This document shows, piece after piece, positions 1-8,968 of a stretch of 64,000 bases of DNA. The stretch comes from Smithellaceae bacterium (lineage in GTDB: Bacteria > Desulfobacterota > Syntrophia > Syntrophales > Smithellaceae): contig OY820932.1 of assembly GCA_963682015.1 (NCBI GenBank), positions 354,804 to 418,803 on the forward strand, in the 5' to 3' direction. The notes under the pieces are model-generated. The model was not told where the DNA came from, did not search any database, and worked only from the letters and a program-made list of their open reading frames with translations. Position 1 is the stretch's first letter, and each line of letters begins with the position of its first letter. A program made the translations under genes and the position numbers.

Positions 1-65
1 ATGTGCAGGACTTTGTGTCAGCATGGAACAAGGTCATGAACCTGGACCGGTTTGATCTGGCGTGA
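1..65 (+). CDS. katG: Catalase-peroxidase, C-terminal end (partial, runs in from left edge)
   Basis: The frame from position 3 reads VQDFVSAWNKVMNLDRFDLA*, the characteristic KatG C-terminus; it lies directly upstream of other oxidative-stress genes. Confidence 0.9.
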   Translation, partial: VQDFVSAWNKVMNLDRFDLA

Positions 66-102
66 TCATTATAAAATAAAATTTAAATGAAGGAGACAAA
101 AA

Positions 103-600
103 ATGTCGAAAACAGAAGAAGCATTAAAAGAAGCTTTTGCCGGCGAATCGCAGGCGAACCGTAAGTATCTGGCGTTTGCGGCCAAAGCCGATCAGGAAGG
201 ATTTTCACAGGCCGCCAAACTGTTCCGTGCCGCCGCGGAAGCGGAAACCGTTCATGCCCATGCTCACATAAGGGCGATGAAGGGCATCCGTTCCACAAAG
301 GAAAACTTGCAGGAGGCCATTGCCGGAGAAACACACGAATTCAAAAGCATGTACCCAGCCATGATCGAAGCAGCCAGAGCCGAAAGTCACAAAGAAGCCG
401 AGCGGTCTTTCAACTTTGCCAACGAAGTAGAAAAAATTCATGCCGCTCTTTACCAGCAGGTTCTGGATAATCTCGATGCTGCGAAAGAAGCCTACAGCTA
501 TTATGTCTGCCCGGTGTGTGGATACACCGCGGAGAAGGAAGCGCCTGAAACCTGCCCGGTTTGCGGCGCCAAAGGCAAAATGTTTAAAAAAGTGGATTGA
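103..600 (+). CDS. rbr: Rubrerythrin
   Basis: AFAGESQANRKY, EAETVHA, GETHE and EKIH diiron motifs plus C-terminal rubredoxin CPVCGY...CPVCG; RBS GGAG. Confidence 0.95.
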   Translation: MSKTEEALKEAFAGESQANRKYLAFAAKADQEGFSQAAKLFRAAAEAETVHAHAHIRAMKGIRSTKENLQEAIAGETHEFKSMYPAMIEAARAESHKEAERSFNFANEVEKIHAALYQQVLDNLDAAKEAYSYYVCPVCGYTAEKEAPETCPVCGAKGKMFKKVD

Positions 601-625
601 TTATACTTAAACAAGGAGGTTCATC

Positions 626-1000
626 ATGGCACAAAGAAACGAAATTTTTAAATGCGAGGTCTGCGGTCACATCATCGCGGTGCTTCACGACGGCAAAGGC
701 GAACTGGTCTGCTGCAATCAGCCCATGAAAAAGCTGACGGAAAACACAACGGACGCCGCAAAGGAAAAACACGTTCCGGTCATTGAAAAAGTGCCGGGCG
801 GCATCAAGGTAAAAGTCGGCAGTGTGCCCCACCCGATGGAAGAAAAACACTACATCGAATGGATTGAAGTGATCGCTGACGGCAAATCCTGCCGCCAGTT
901 TTTAGCGCCCGGCCAGGCTCCGGAAGCCTTCTTCCCCGTTGAAGCCGCCACAATTACGGCGAGGGAATACTGTAACCTGCACGGTCTTTGGAAAGCATAA
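626..1000 (+). CDS. dfx: Desulfoferrodoxin (2Fe superoxide reductase)
   Basis: Desulforedoxin CEVC...CC domain; EKHVP, HPM, HYI and CNLHG motifs. Confidence 0.95.
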   Translation: MAQRNEIFKCEVCGHIIAVLHDGKGELVCCNQPMKKLTENTTDAAKEKHVPVIEKVPGGIKVKVGSVPHPMEEKHYIEWIEVIADGKSCRQFLAPGQAPEAFFPVEAATITAREYCNLHGLWKA

Positions 1001-1023
1001 GAATATCGCAGAAAGGGAATTCC

Positions 1024-1542
1024 TTGGTTAAGTTATACCGATGCGAGATATGCGGCGATGCCTATATCAGCTTTCATCCTCCGCCCAACTGTCCGTTTTG
1101 CGGGGCGCATATCGAGCACATCAAGGAAGTAAAAGAAGCGCAGGTTAACTTTGACATGCAACCTAGCGGAAAAGATCTGGCCAATGCCGACCACGCCTTG
1201 CAGGTGGAAGTCAGTAATTCGGCGTTCTATATGTGCGCAGACAATCAAACCAATGATCCGGAGGGAAAGATTTTGTTCAAGGCACTGGGTAAGATCGAGG
1301 CGGAACACGCTTCCATCTGGAAAAAAAATCTCAAGCTGGGGTCCATCAAGCCGGGTACTGATGCCTGTTACGAGGAGAATGTGGAAAATCTGAAGGAATC
1401 CCATGCGCGGGAAACCCGGGCTATTGACTACTACCGGAAGGCGGCCGCTGAAACGGATCATCCGCGAATCCGACAGATCTTCATAGCGCCGGTAGACATC
1501 GAAGCAGATCATCTTCACCTCTCGGAAACGAGGCTGAAGTAA
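1024..1542 (+). CDS. Rubredoxin + ferritin-like diiron protein (reverse rubrerythrin architecture)
   Basis: N-terminal CEIC...CPFC followed by E...EAEH...E...EADH; TTG start at 1024 chosen from the GAAAGGGA RBS. Confidence 0.8.
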   Translation: MVKLYRCEICGDAYISFHPPPNCPFCGAHIEHIKEVKEAQVNFDMQPSGKDLANADHALQVEVSNSAFYMCADNQTNDPEGKILFKALGKIEAEHASIWKKNLKLGSIKPGTDACYEENVENLKESHARETRAIDYYRKAAAETDHPRIRQIFIAPVDIEADHLHLSETRLK

Positions 1543-1555
1543 GCAGAAACTGTAA

Positions 1556-1581
1556 AACCGGGGGAACGCTTTCCCCCGGTT
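1556..1581 (+). terminator. Hairpin after oxidative-stress cluster
   Basis: Perfect 11-bp stem AACCGGGGGAA-cgct-TTCCCCCGGTT; U-tract is weak. Confidence 0.55.
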
Positions 1582-1699
1582 CCCATCGTGAATCGCATCT
1601 GAGTTGATGCAGGCAATCTTCTGTGCTGGTTCTTCTAAAGGTACTCTAAACGATGCATACAGAAATGTTGCGTCCATCAAGATCTGCAAAATCTTCCAT

Positions 1700-1729
1700 C
1701 CTTGACATGACCGGCCTTGACATGACCGG
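1700..1729. repeat. 15-bp tandem direct repeat x2
   Basis: CCTTGACATGACCGG repeated exactly twice. Confidence 0.9.
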
Positions 1730-1893
1730 CAACTCATGATCAGCGCTCATGTGTTCATCACAAAGGGCGTGATCATGACATCTTCTCTTCTTTATTCTAA
1801 ATATTCCATTGATGGTGTTGAGTATTTACCCTGGTCATCTTCCATAACCATTTTCAATTCCTCAACCGGATACGCAAGCCCCGGGTATTCGTC

Positions 1894-1922
1894 TTGACAC
1901 CCCACAGGGTTATGCTTATAGT
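1894..1922 (+). promoter_or_regulatory. Sigma-70-type promoter of the ALDH operon
   Basis: TTGACA-N17-TATAGT about 60 bp upstream of the ATG at 1981. Confidence 0.7.
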
Positions 1923-1980
1923 AAATTTCATAAATTAACCGGTAATCACTGGTTGCAACATGGGTTTTGGAAGGGCTGGC

Positions 1981-3360
1981 ATGGATAGAGGAGCAATTGA
2001 AGCTTTGTTTCAAAAACAGAAAAGTTTCTTCCGATCGGGGAGTACCCGGGAGATTTCTTTCCGGCTCGCGACACTCAAAAAGCTCAAAGACGTGATTGCA
2101 ACGAATGAAAAACAGATTCTCTCCGCTGTTTATGAAGATCTGCACAAGAACGAAATCGACGCCTATGCTACAGAATTATCTGTCGTATACAGCGAGATTA
2201 AAGTCGCTATCGCCAATGTCCCGTCCTGGGCTGCGCGGAAGAAAGTAACCACCCCCGTATTCATGATGCCATCAAAAAGTTATCTGTACAGAGAACCTTA
2301 CGGTGTTACACTGATCATTGCCCCTTGGAATTATCCCTTTCAACTCCTGATGATGCCACTGGTGGGCGCGATTGCAGCGGGGAACACGGCGATTCTGAAA
2401 CCTTCCGAACTCTCTTCGCATACAGCTTCCGTCATGGAAAAGATCATCAACACGGCATTTCCTCCGGAACATATTCATGTCGTTCAGGGTGCTGTGGAAG
2501 AAACTCAGACGCTACTTGCCCTGCCGGTGGATTACATTTTTTTCACCGGATCCGTGCCAGTTGGAAAAACGATAATGACTGCAGCGGCAAAAAATCTGAC
2601 TCCACTGACACTCGAACTGGGCGGCAAAAGTCCGGTTCTTGTGCATGAAAGCGCCGATATCAAAACAGCTTCCTCCCGCATTGCCTGGGGAAAATTTCTT
2701 AACGCAGGTCAAACCTGCATTGCGCCGGATTACGTTCTGGCCCACGATTCGATCAAAGACATTTTTATTGATGAACTCATCAAGGCCATCCTGAGATTTT
2801 ACGGAGAGGATGCATCTCGACATGACCGTTACTGTCGGATTATCAACGACCGGCATTTTCAGCGACTGGTTGCATTGATTGATGAAAAGAAAATCATTTA
2901 CGGCGGACGGACTAACGCCTCCAACCGCTATCTGGAACCTACCCTGCTCTACCCCGCATCCTGGAACGATCCGGTCATGCAGGACGAAATCTTCGGCCCG
3001 ATCCTGCCGATCCTGCCTTATACCGATCTTGACGAAATCATTTTCCGGATCAACGAACGCCCCAAACCGCTGGCTTTATACATGTTTGTGAATGACAAGA
3101 CGATCCGGAGAAAAATCATCCGTGAGACCTCTTTCGGTGGCGGGGCAGTCAATAATACGATCATGCATATCGTCTCGCATTATCTTCCTTTCGGAGGTGT
3201 GGGATCAAGTGGTCTGGGACGCTACCACGGCAAATACAGTTTTGATACATTTTCTCACACCAAAAGTATTTTGCGGAGTTACAACGTTGCCGATATCGCC
3301 GATACTGCTACGCCTCATAAAGGAAAGTTGATGAAATGGATCTTAAAGATGATAAAATAG
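1981..3360 (+). CDS. Aldehyde dehydrogenase (ALDH3/YwdH-like)
   Basis: PWNYP, FTGS, TLELGGKSP, NAGQTC, EIFGP and PFGGVG motifs. Confidence 0.93.
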   Translation: MDRGAIEALFQKQKSFFRSGSTREISFRLATLKKLKDVIATNEKQILSAVYEDLHKNEIDAYATELSVVYSEIKVAIANVPSWAARKKVTTPVFMMPSKSYLYREPYGVTLIIAPWNYPFQLLMMPLVGAIAAGNTAILKPSELSSHTASVMEKIINTAFPPEHIHVVQGAVEETQTLLALPVDYIFFTGSVPVGKTIMTAAAKNLTPLTLELGGKSPVLVHESADIKTASSRIAWGKFLNAGQTCIAPDYVLAHDSIKDIFIDELIKAILRFYGEDASRHDRYCRIINDRHFQRLVALIDEKKIIYGGRTNASNRYLEPTLLYPASWNDPVMQDEIFGPILPILPYTDLDEIIFRINERPKPLALYMFVNDKTIRRKIIRETSFGGGAVNNTIMHIVSHYLPFGGVGSSGLGRYHGKYSFDTFSHTKSILRSYNVADIADTATPHKGKLMKWILKMIK

Positions 3361-3385
3361 CAAACGGATGAAGAAAGGAACTTCA

Positions 3386-4360
3386 ATGAAAAAGACATTC
3401 TTAGCGGTTTTATGCCTGGTCTTAATGCTTGGCGCCTGTTCGGCGCCGCGCCTGAATATTTTTGACACCATCCCCAACCCTCTTCAGGAATTCACACTGG
3501 AAGGAAAAGGAAAAGACAAAATTCTGGTTATTCCCGTAAACGGCATGATTTCCGATTCCCCGCAGCAAACCCTTTTTGGAACTTCACCCAGCGTGGTGGA
3601 ACAGGTGGTTGTCCAGCTCAATAAAGCACAAAGCGATTCCTCCATCAAAGCGGTTTTGTTCAAGGTCAATTCATCCGGAGGTACCATTACCGCCAGCGAT
3701 CTGCTGTACCATGAAATCCTTTCCTACAAGACGAAAACAGGCAACAAAATCGGTGTGATCATGATGGATGTCGCGGCTTCCGGCGCTTATTATCTATCCC
3801 TGCCCGCGGATTTCATTATGGCCCATCCCACAACGCTTACCGGTTCGGTCGGCGTGATCTTCATGCGCCCCAAAGCTCACGGTCTGATGGATAAAATCGG
3901 CCTGGGCGTGGAAGTCAGCAAATTCGGAAAAAACAAGGATATGGGTTCGCCATTCCGCGAATCCAACGAAGAGGAAAAAATGCTGATGCAAAAAACCGTG
4001 GATATTTACGGCAATCGATTCATCGGGCTCGTACAGAAACACCGCAAGCTTGACGATGTATCGCTCAAAGAAGTTTCCACGGCCCGCGTGTTTGTCGCTG
4101 ATGAGGCCCTCCGTCTGAAGCTGATCGACAAAATCGGTTACATTCGCGATGCGGTAAAAGAAACCCGGATGGCGGCGGGTCTTCCGGATGACGCCCGTGT
4201 CGTGGTTTACCGTCGCAAAGATATTCCTGAGGAAAACTACTACCGCGCTGCCGCGCCGGACGCGGCAAATTTTGCTTTGATTCATATTGATCTTCCGGAA
4301 ATTCTGAAAGCAAAGGCAGGATTTTATTATTTATGGCCTGGTGCAATCAATATTGAATGA
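3386..4360 (+). CDS. sppA: Signal peptide peptidase SppA (S49), lipoprotein
   Basis: Lipobox LGAC; NSSGG, AASGAYY, TGSVGV and K-D motifs. Confidence 0.88.
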   Translation: MKKTFLAVLCLVLMLGACSAPRLNIFDTIPNPLQEFTLEGKGKDKILVIPVNGMISDSPQQTLFGTSPSVVEQVVVQLNKAQSDSSIKAVLFKVNSSGGTITASDLLYHEILSYKTKTGNKIGVIMMDVAASGAYYLSLPADFIMAHPTTLTGSVGVIFMRPKAHGLMDKIGLGVEVSKFGKNKDMGSPFRESNEEEKMLMQKTVDIYGNRFIGLVQKHRKLDDVSLKEVSTARVFVADEALRLKLIDKIGYIRDAVKETRMAAGLPDDARVVVYRRKDIPEENYYRAAAPDAANFALIHIDLPEILKAKAGFYYLWPGAINIE

Positions 4361-4387
4361 AAAATTTAACCCGATCACTGGTAACTT

Positions 4388-5362
4388 ATGGCGATTATTG
4401 AAACCCGGTCCCTGACCAAAACATTTGGAAAAATTCAGGCTGTTCGCGGTGTTGACTTGGCTATTGAAGAAGGCGAAATTTTCGGTCTGCTGGGTCCCAA
4501 CGGCGCGGGAAAAACGACCACGATCGGGATGCTGTGCACGATTATCCGGCCCACATCAGGACAGGGAACCATCGCGGGATTCGATATCGTCAGACATCCG
4601 ACCCGGGTCAGACGTAAAGTCGGCATCGTCTTTCAGGACCCCACGCTGGACACCATTCTGACCGGACGGGAGAATCTGCAGCTTCACGCCCGTCTTTACG
4701 GAATTCCGGCCGGCATGCGCCATATCTGGATTGATGAAATGCTCACGCTGGTTGATCTGAAGGACAGGGCAGATGATCTTACCAGGACCTATTCGGGCGG
4801 TATGAGACGCCGCCTGGAACTGGCCCGCGGCCTTTTGCACCGCCCGGCGGTCCTGTTTCTGGATGAACCGACACTGGGGCTGGACCCGCAGACACGAGCG
4901 CGCACATGGGAATACATCCGCAAAATGGCCCGGAAGGAAAACACTACGGTTGTACTCACGACACATTACATGGAGGAAGCCCAGGCTATGTGCGACCGCA
5001 TCGGCATTATCGACGCGGGACGGATCATCGCGCTCGATACACCCGAAAACATGATTAACTCGCTGGGTGGCGACATTGTCGAGATCATCGCTCCCGATCC
5101 GCCGCTCGATAAAATCCGCGCTCTGGATTATGTATCCTCCGTAAAAACCTCGGGTTCAACAATGGAAATTACGATGAAGTCCGCACACCTGCATCTGGCA
5201 GTACTCCTGCAGATGATTCCGAACGTTGCCAGCGTTGAAATGCGCAAGCCGTCGCTAAATGACGTTTTCATCAAACTGACCGGCCGTGACATCCGCGAAG
5301 AAGCCGCCGAGAACGACGGATGGGTCGAAACCATTGCCCGTTACCGGCAAAGGGGAAAATGA
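4388..5362 (+). CDS. ABC exporter ATP-binding subunit (DrrA-like)
   Basis: Walker A GPNGAGKT, signature YSGGM, Walker B LFLDEP, TTH. Confidence 0.93.
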   Translation: MAIIETRSLTKTFGKIQAVRGVDLAIEEGEIFGLLGPNGAGKTTTIGMLCTIIRPTSGQGTIAGFDIVRHPTRVRRKVGIVFQDPTLDTILTGRENLQLHARLYGIPAGMRHIWIDEMLTLVDLKDRADDLTRTYSGGMRRRLELARGLLHRPAVLFLDEPTLGLDPQTRARTWEYIRKMARKENTTVVLTTHYMEEAQAMCDRIGIIDAGRIIALDTPENMINSLGGDIVEIIAPDPPLDKIRALDYVSSVKTSGSTMEITMKSAHLHLAVLLQMIPNVASVEMRKPSLNDVFIKLTGRDIREEAAENDGWVETIARYRQRGK

Positions 5363-5366
5363 AAAA

Positions 5367-6131
5367 ATGAGTTCCAACATCGTACAAAAAGAATTTCTGG
5401 GCATCTCCGCCGTCTGGTGGCGGGAGTTCAAAGTCTTCTGGCGGGAAAAAAGCAGGATTGTCTCCAGCATTGTGCAACCGCTCATGTGGCTTTTTCTATT
5501 CGGAAGCGGCATCGGCGCCAGCCTCTCGGTGGGCAATGTCAACTACCGCGACTATATTTATCCGGGCGTACTGACCATGGCCGTGATTTTCGGTTCCGTC
5601 TTTTTCGGACTTTATATCATCTGGGACCGCAAGCTCGACGTGCTGAAGGCCGTTCTGGTTGCGCCCGTGTCCCGCATCAGCATCTTCTTCGGCAAGGTGC
5701 TGGGCGGCTGCACGGACGTTCTGCTGCAGGTAGCAATTCTTTTTGTGTTTTCGTTTCTGTTTCCCTCCGTCAATCCCTGGGGAATTCCTCTGGCTTTATT
5801 AATCCTGCTGATTACATCAATCGCCCTGGTTGCGCTGGGACTGGCGCTTGGCTCGCTTCTGGAAAGTCTTGAAGGTTTTCAGGTTATATCGGCATTTCTG
5901 ATTTTCCCGCTGTTTTTCCTTTCGGGTGCGCTCTTCCCGGTGGACGAAAAGCTTCCTCCCTGGCTGGCCAGACTCGTCATTATCAATCCGCTGAGTTATA
6001 CTGTCGACGGTGTCCGCGGCGCCCTCCTGGGCATCCACAGCTATCCGTTTTACGTTGACCTCGGCATTATCACTCTTTTTGCCGCGGTCATGCTCATCAC
6101 GGGAAGCATCCTGTTCAGCCGGATGAAGTAG
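5367..6131 (+). CDS. ABC-2 type permease (DrrB-like)
   Basis: About six TM helices; FLSGALFP and NPLSY motifs; follows the ATPase. Confidence 0.9.
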   Translation: MSSNIVQKEFLGISAVWWREFKVFWREKSRIVSSIVQPLMWLFLFGSGIGASLSVGNVNYRDYIYPGVLTMAVIFGSVFFGLYIIWDRKLDVLKAVLVAPVSRISIFFGKVLGGCTDVLLQVAILFVFSFLFPSVNPWGIPLALLILLITSIALVALGLALGSLLESLEGFQVISAFLIFPLFFLSGALFPVDEKLPPWLARLVIINPLSYTVDGVRGALLGIHSYPFYVDLGIITLFAAVMLITGSILFSRMK

Positions 6132-6156
6132 TTACTGTTTGTTTTGGAAGACCCGT

Positions 6157-6909
6157 ATGAAACTTTTTAGATTACAACTCCTTATCGCCCTGGGATTACT
6201 GCTCGCCTTATCAAACGCCCATGCCTGGCACGACCGGACACACGTCACCGTAGCCAGAGTTTCGGGTCTGTTTTCCTGGTACAACGCCGCGGGGCCCGAT
6301 CTGGCCAAAATAAAAGCCGGCCATATCGAATCGTACAATCATTATTTCAACAACAGTGCTGAAGTGGAAATTACCGTTCCGATGGTTTTGGACCAGATTG
6401 ATCGCTATAATGAGAGAAATAAGTTACTCGATACCGAAGGCCATCTTTTAGGAGCAATCATCGCGTCACTTCGCGCTTATGAAAGGGACTTGCGCCGCGG
6501 CAAATACGCCGAATATCATCTCGATTACTGTGCCCATTACATTACCGATCTGTCGCAGCCGTTGCATCTGATCCCTTATGACGACTTCAATAAAACATTC
6601 CACGACCGGTGCGACGGTGTTGTGGAAAATACCGTCATGGATGAACCGCAAACAATCACCGCCTGCATGTATTCCATCAAGCTGAAGCCGGATCATTTTG
6701 AAGAAGACCTGGCGCGGGAAATCGCGCGCATTGCCAATATCACCCGGAAACTGGGCTATAAACTGCGAGCAGAGAAAAGGGCACTTACAAAAGATGAAGC
6801 CCGTGTTCAACTGGGTCACAGCGCTTCACTCTTGAAGGCTGTTTTGCTGGCCTACAAACAAAAGCAGCGGGAAGATAATAATCTCCCCGCCGTTCCTGAA
6901 GGCCGATAG
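6157..6909 (+). CDS. Secreted S1/P1 nuclease / Zn-phospholipase C fold protein
   Basis: Signal peptide AHA| then W-x4-H (WHDRTH), PD, HYITDLSQPLH and FHDRCD, matching the tri-zinc ligand set. Confidence 0.75.
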   Translation: MKLFRLQLLIALGLLLALSNAHAWHDRTHVTVARVSGLFSWYNAAGPDLAKIKAGHIESYNHYFNNSAEVEITVPMVLDQIDRYNERNKLLDTEGHLLGAIIASLRAYERDLRRGKYAEYHLDYCAHYITDLSQPLHLIPYDDFNKTFHDRCDGVVENTVMDEPQTITACMYSIKLKPDHFEEDLAREIARIANITRKLGYKLRAEKRALTKDEARVQLGHSASLLKAVLLAYKQKQREDNNLPAVPEGR

Positions 6910-6946
6910 ACCAATTTTATCTCACTCAGCTGTTGACCGGCAGGCA

Positions 6947-7774
6947 TCAGGCGATTACGGATGTGCTTGCGGTTGCGGCACTACCGCTGCTGTACTGCGT
7001 AATCAACGCAATTAATTGATTCAGCAGCTCCATCTGAAAAGAGGTTAAATCAACCGAACCGTTTTCGCCGGTGGAAGTTTGCAACACATTTGCCTTCATC
7101 TTGTCTTCAAAGGCAGCTGATTCCGCCTGGCTCACCAGTCCATCACCATCCGTGTCTATATCACTGAAGATTTTCTCGGCATCCGGAATTCCGCCTGTTT
7201 TCATTTCTTCAACCGTCAGATACCCGTCACCGTCCGTGTCCAGGGAACTGAACATCTCGCCCGAGTGCTGCGGAGGAGGCTGCGGGACCACCTCTTGCTC
7301 ACCTTTTGTTTTCATCGTTTCAGCATAAGCATCCAATTCGTTGGCACTGGCCAGGCCATCACCGTCCGTATCGATCTTGCTGAATATTGTTTCCACATCA
7401 GGAACACCGCCCGCCGTCATCTCGTCAACAGACAAAGCCCCGTCGCCATTCATGTCCATGGAACTGATCATCTGACTTGAATCCGGGGGAGGCGGCGGAA
7501 CCCCCATGGCCTGCGCATCATTCATGGAACTTTTCATTTCATGAAACAATTGAGACAAAGCCGCAGTGAACTCCTGTTCGGTTAAGGCACCATCGGTATT
7601 GGTATCCACTTTGCTGAAAAATTTATCAATCAATGAACTGCTTTCATCCGACAATTCCTGCAATTGAGTTTTTGTGGTTGATCCATCACCATCGGAATCA
7701 ATGGACTTGAACAATTGTTGGCTTAATTGCATGAGCGAAGTGCTGAAATAACTGCTGCTGATTGAACTGACCAT
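6947..7774 (-). CDS. Multi-EF-hand calcium-binding protein (XopAW-like)
   Basis: Six DxDxDG-type loops (DSDGDG, DTNTDG, DMNGDG, DTDGDG x3), an internal PPPP-led duplication and a Ser-rich N-terminus; strong RBS. Confidence 0.85.
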   Translation of the reverse strand: MVSSISSSYFSTSLMQLSQQLFKSIDSDGDGSTTKTQLQELSDESSSLIDKFFSKVDTNTDGALTEQEFTAALSQLFHEMKSSMNDAQAMGVPPPPPDSSQMISSMDMNGDGALSVDEMTAGGVPDVETIFSKIDTDGDGLASANELDAYAETMKTKGEQEVVPQPPPQHSGEMFSSLDTDGDGYLTVEEMKTGGIPDAEKIFSDIDTDGDGLVSQAESAAFEDKMKANVLQTSTGENGSVDLTSFQMELLNQLIALITQYSSGSAATASTSVIA

Positions 7775-7976
7775 AAATCATTCCTCCTTTCTTTTTATAC
7801 ACCTGTTTTGCCTATCGGCACATTCCAACTAAAAATCCCGTTAAAATTTGTTAATACTGGAACCGGTCCCTTATGAATGCATTCTTTCTGAACTCGGTAA
7901 GGGATTTCTCATTACCTGGTCAGGATTGAGCAACGAATGTACCTGAATGACGAGGATTCGGTTGAGGCTTAACATA

Positions 7977-7991
7977 TTTACAAATATTCAC
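7977..7991. promoter_or_regulatory. CpxR/OmpR-type direct-repeat box candidate 1
   Basis: TTTAC-N5-TTCAC, i.e. GTGAA-N5-GTAAA on the minus strand, in a divergent promoter region. Confidence 0.4.
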
Positions 7992-8082
7992 ATTACTATC
8001 ATGTACAAGCATATTATCCATCAGCCACTTTGAAGGATTATGAATGCACACCCGGCTTTCACTGACCTGCAAACGCTTCTGT

Positions 8083-8097
8083 TTAACATTTCTTTAC
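8083..8097. promoter_or_regulatory. CpxR/OmpR-type direct-repeat box candidate 2
   Basis: TTAAC-N5-TTTAC, i.e. GTAAA-N5-GTTAA; one mismatch to the CpxR consensus GTAAA-N5-GTAAA. Confidence 0.5.
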
Positions 8098-8199
8098 AAT
8101 TGACGAATGAAATTCATGGTACTATGGTTTACAGTGTAGATGGAAGAAGGCAAATTTTGCCGACAACATCGAGGCAAAATTTGCCAGTGGAGAAAACAC

Positions 8200-8955
8200 A
8201 TGGATGAACGGCCGAAGACTATACTGGTTATCGATGATGACCGTGAACTCTGTTCTCTGCTTTGTGAATATCTGAAACCGGAAGGTTTTCTCGTTGAAGC
8301 CGCCTATGAAGGTAAGAACGGCATTGATCTGGCCATGCAAAACCCTTACAACCTGATTATCCTGGATGTCATGCTTCCCGGTGCGCTCGATGGATTCCAT
8401 GTTTTGCAGGCTCTCCGCTCGAGAACCGCCCTGCCGGTTCTGATGCTCTCCGCACGAGGCGAAGACATTGACCGCATCATCGGTCTGGAAATGGGTGCGG
8501 ACGATTACCTGCCCAAACCCTTCAATCCCCGCGAACTGCTGGCTCGTATCCGCACAATTTTAAGAAGATCCTTAGCCGGTAAACCCGGCATCGAAGGAAG
8601 CGTAACCAGTTCCTGTCATCAGATAGGCGATCTCGAAATGGACACATCCTGCCGCCGGGTACTTTGCGCTAAAAAAGCGGTTGAACTGACCGGCGTCGAA
8701 TTCAGTCTTCTGGCTCTCCTGATTAAAAATGCCGGGCAGGTTCTGACACGCGACTATTTAACGAATGAAGTTCTTGGACGTCCTCTATCCCCCTATGACC
8801 GAAGCGTTGATGTTCACATCAGTAAGATCAGAAAAAAGCTTGGCCCGGATCATAACGGAAATGAACGGATAAAATCCGTTCGAAACTCTGGATATGTTTA
8901 TACGTCGATTGATTCGCCCGGCAAACGTAAAACCGATCATTCGGCTTTGCCCTGA
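8200..8955 (+). CDS. OmpR-family response regulator (CpxR-like)
   Basis: Receiver (IDDD, LDVMLP, GADDYLPKPF) plus winged helix (DRSVDVHISKIRKKL); RBS GGAG before the ATG at 8200. Confidence 0.93.
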   Translation: MDERPKTILVIDDDRELCSLLCEYLKPEGFLVEAAYEGKNGIDLAMQNPYNLIILDVMLPGALDGFHVLQALRSRTALPVLMLSARGEDIDRIIGLEMGADDYLPKPFNPRELLARIRTILRRSLAGKPGIEGSVTSSCHQIGDLEMDTSCRRVLCAKKAVELTGVEFSLLALLIKNAGQVLTRDYLTNEVLGRPLSPYDRSVDVHISKIRKKLGPDHNGNERIKSVRNSGYVYTSIDSPGKRKTDHSALP

Positions 8956-8968
8956 AAGAAAATCCTTC

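Noticed and set aside
66-102. PerR box before rubrerythrin
   Set aside because: AT-rich but only a weak match to TTATAATNATTATAA.
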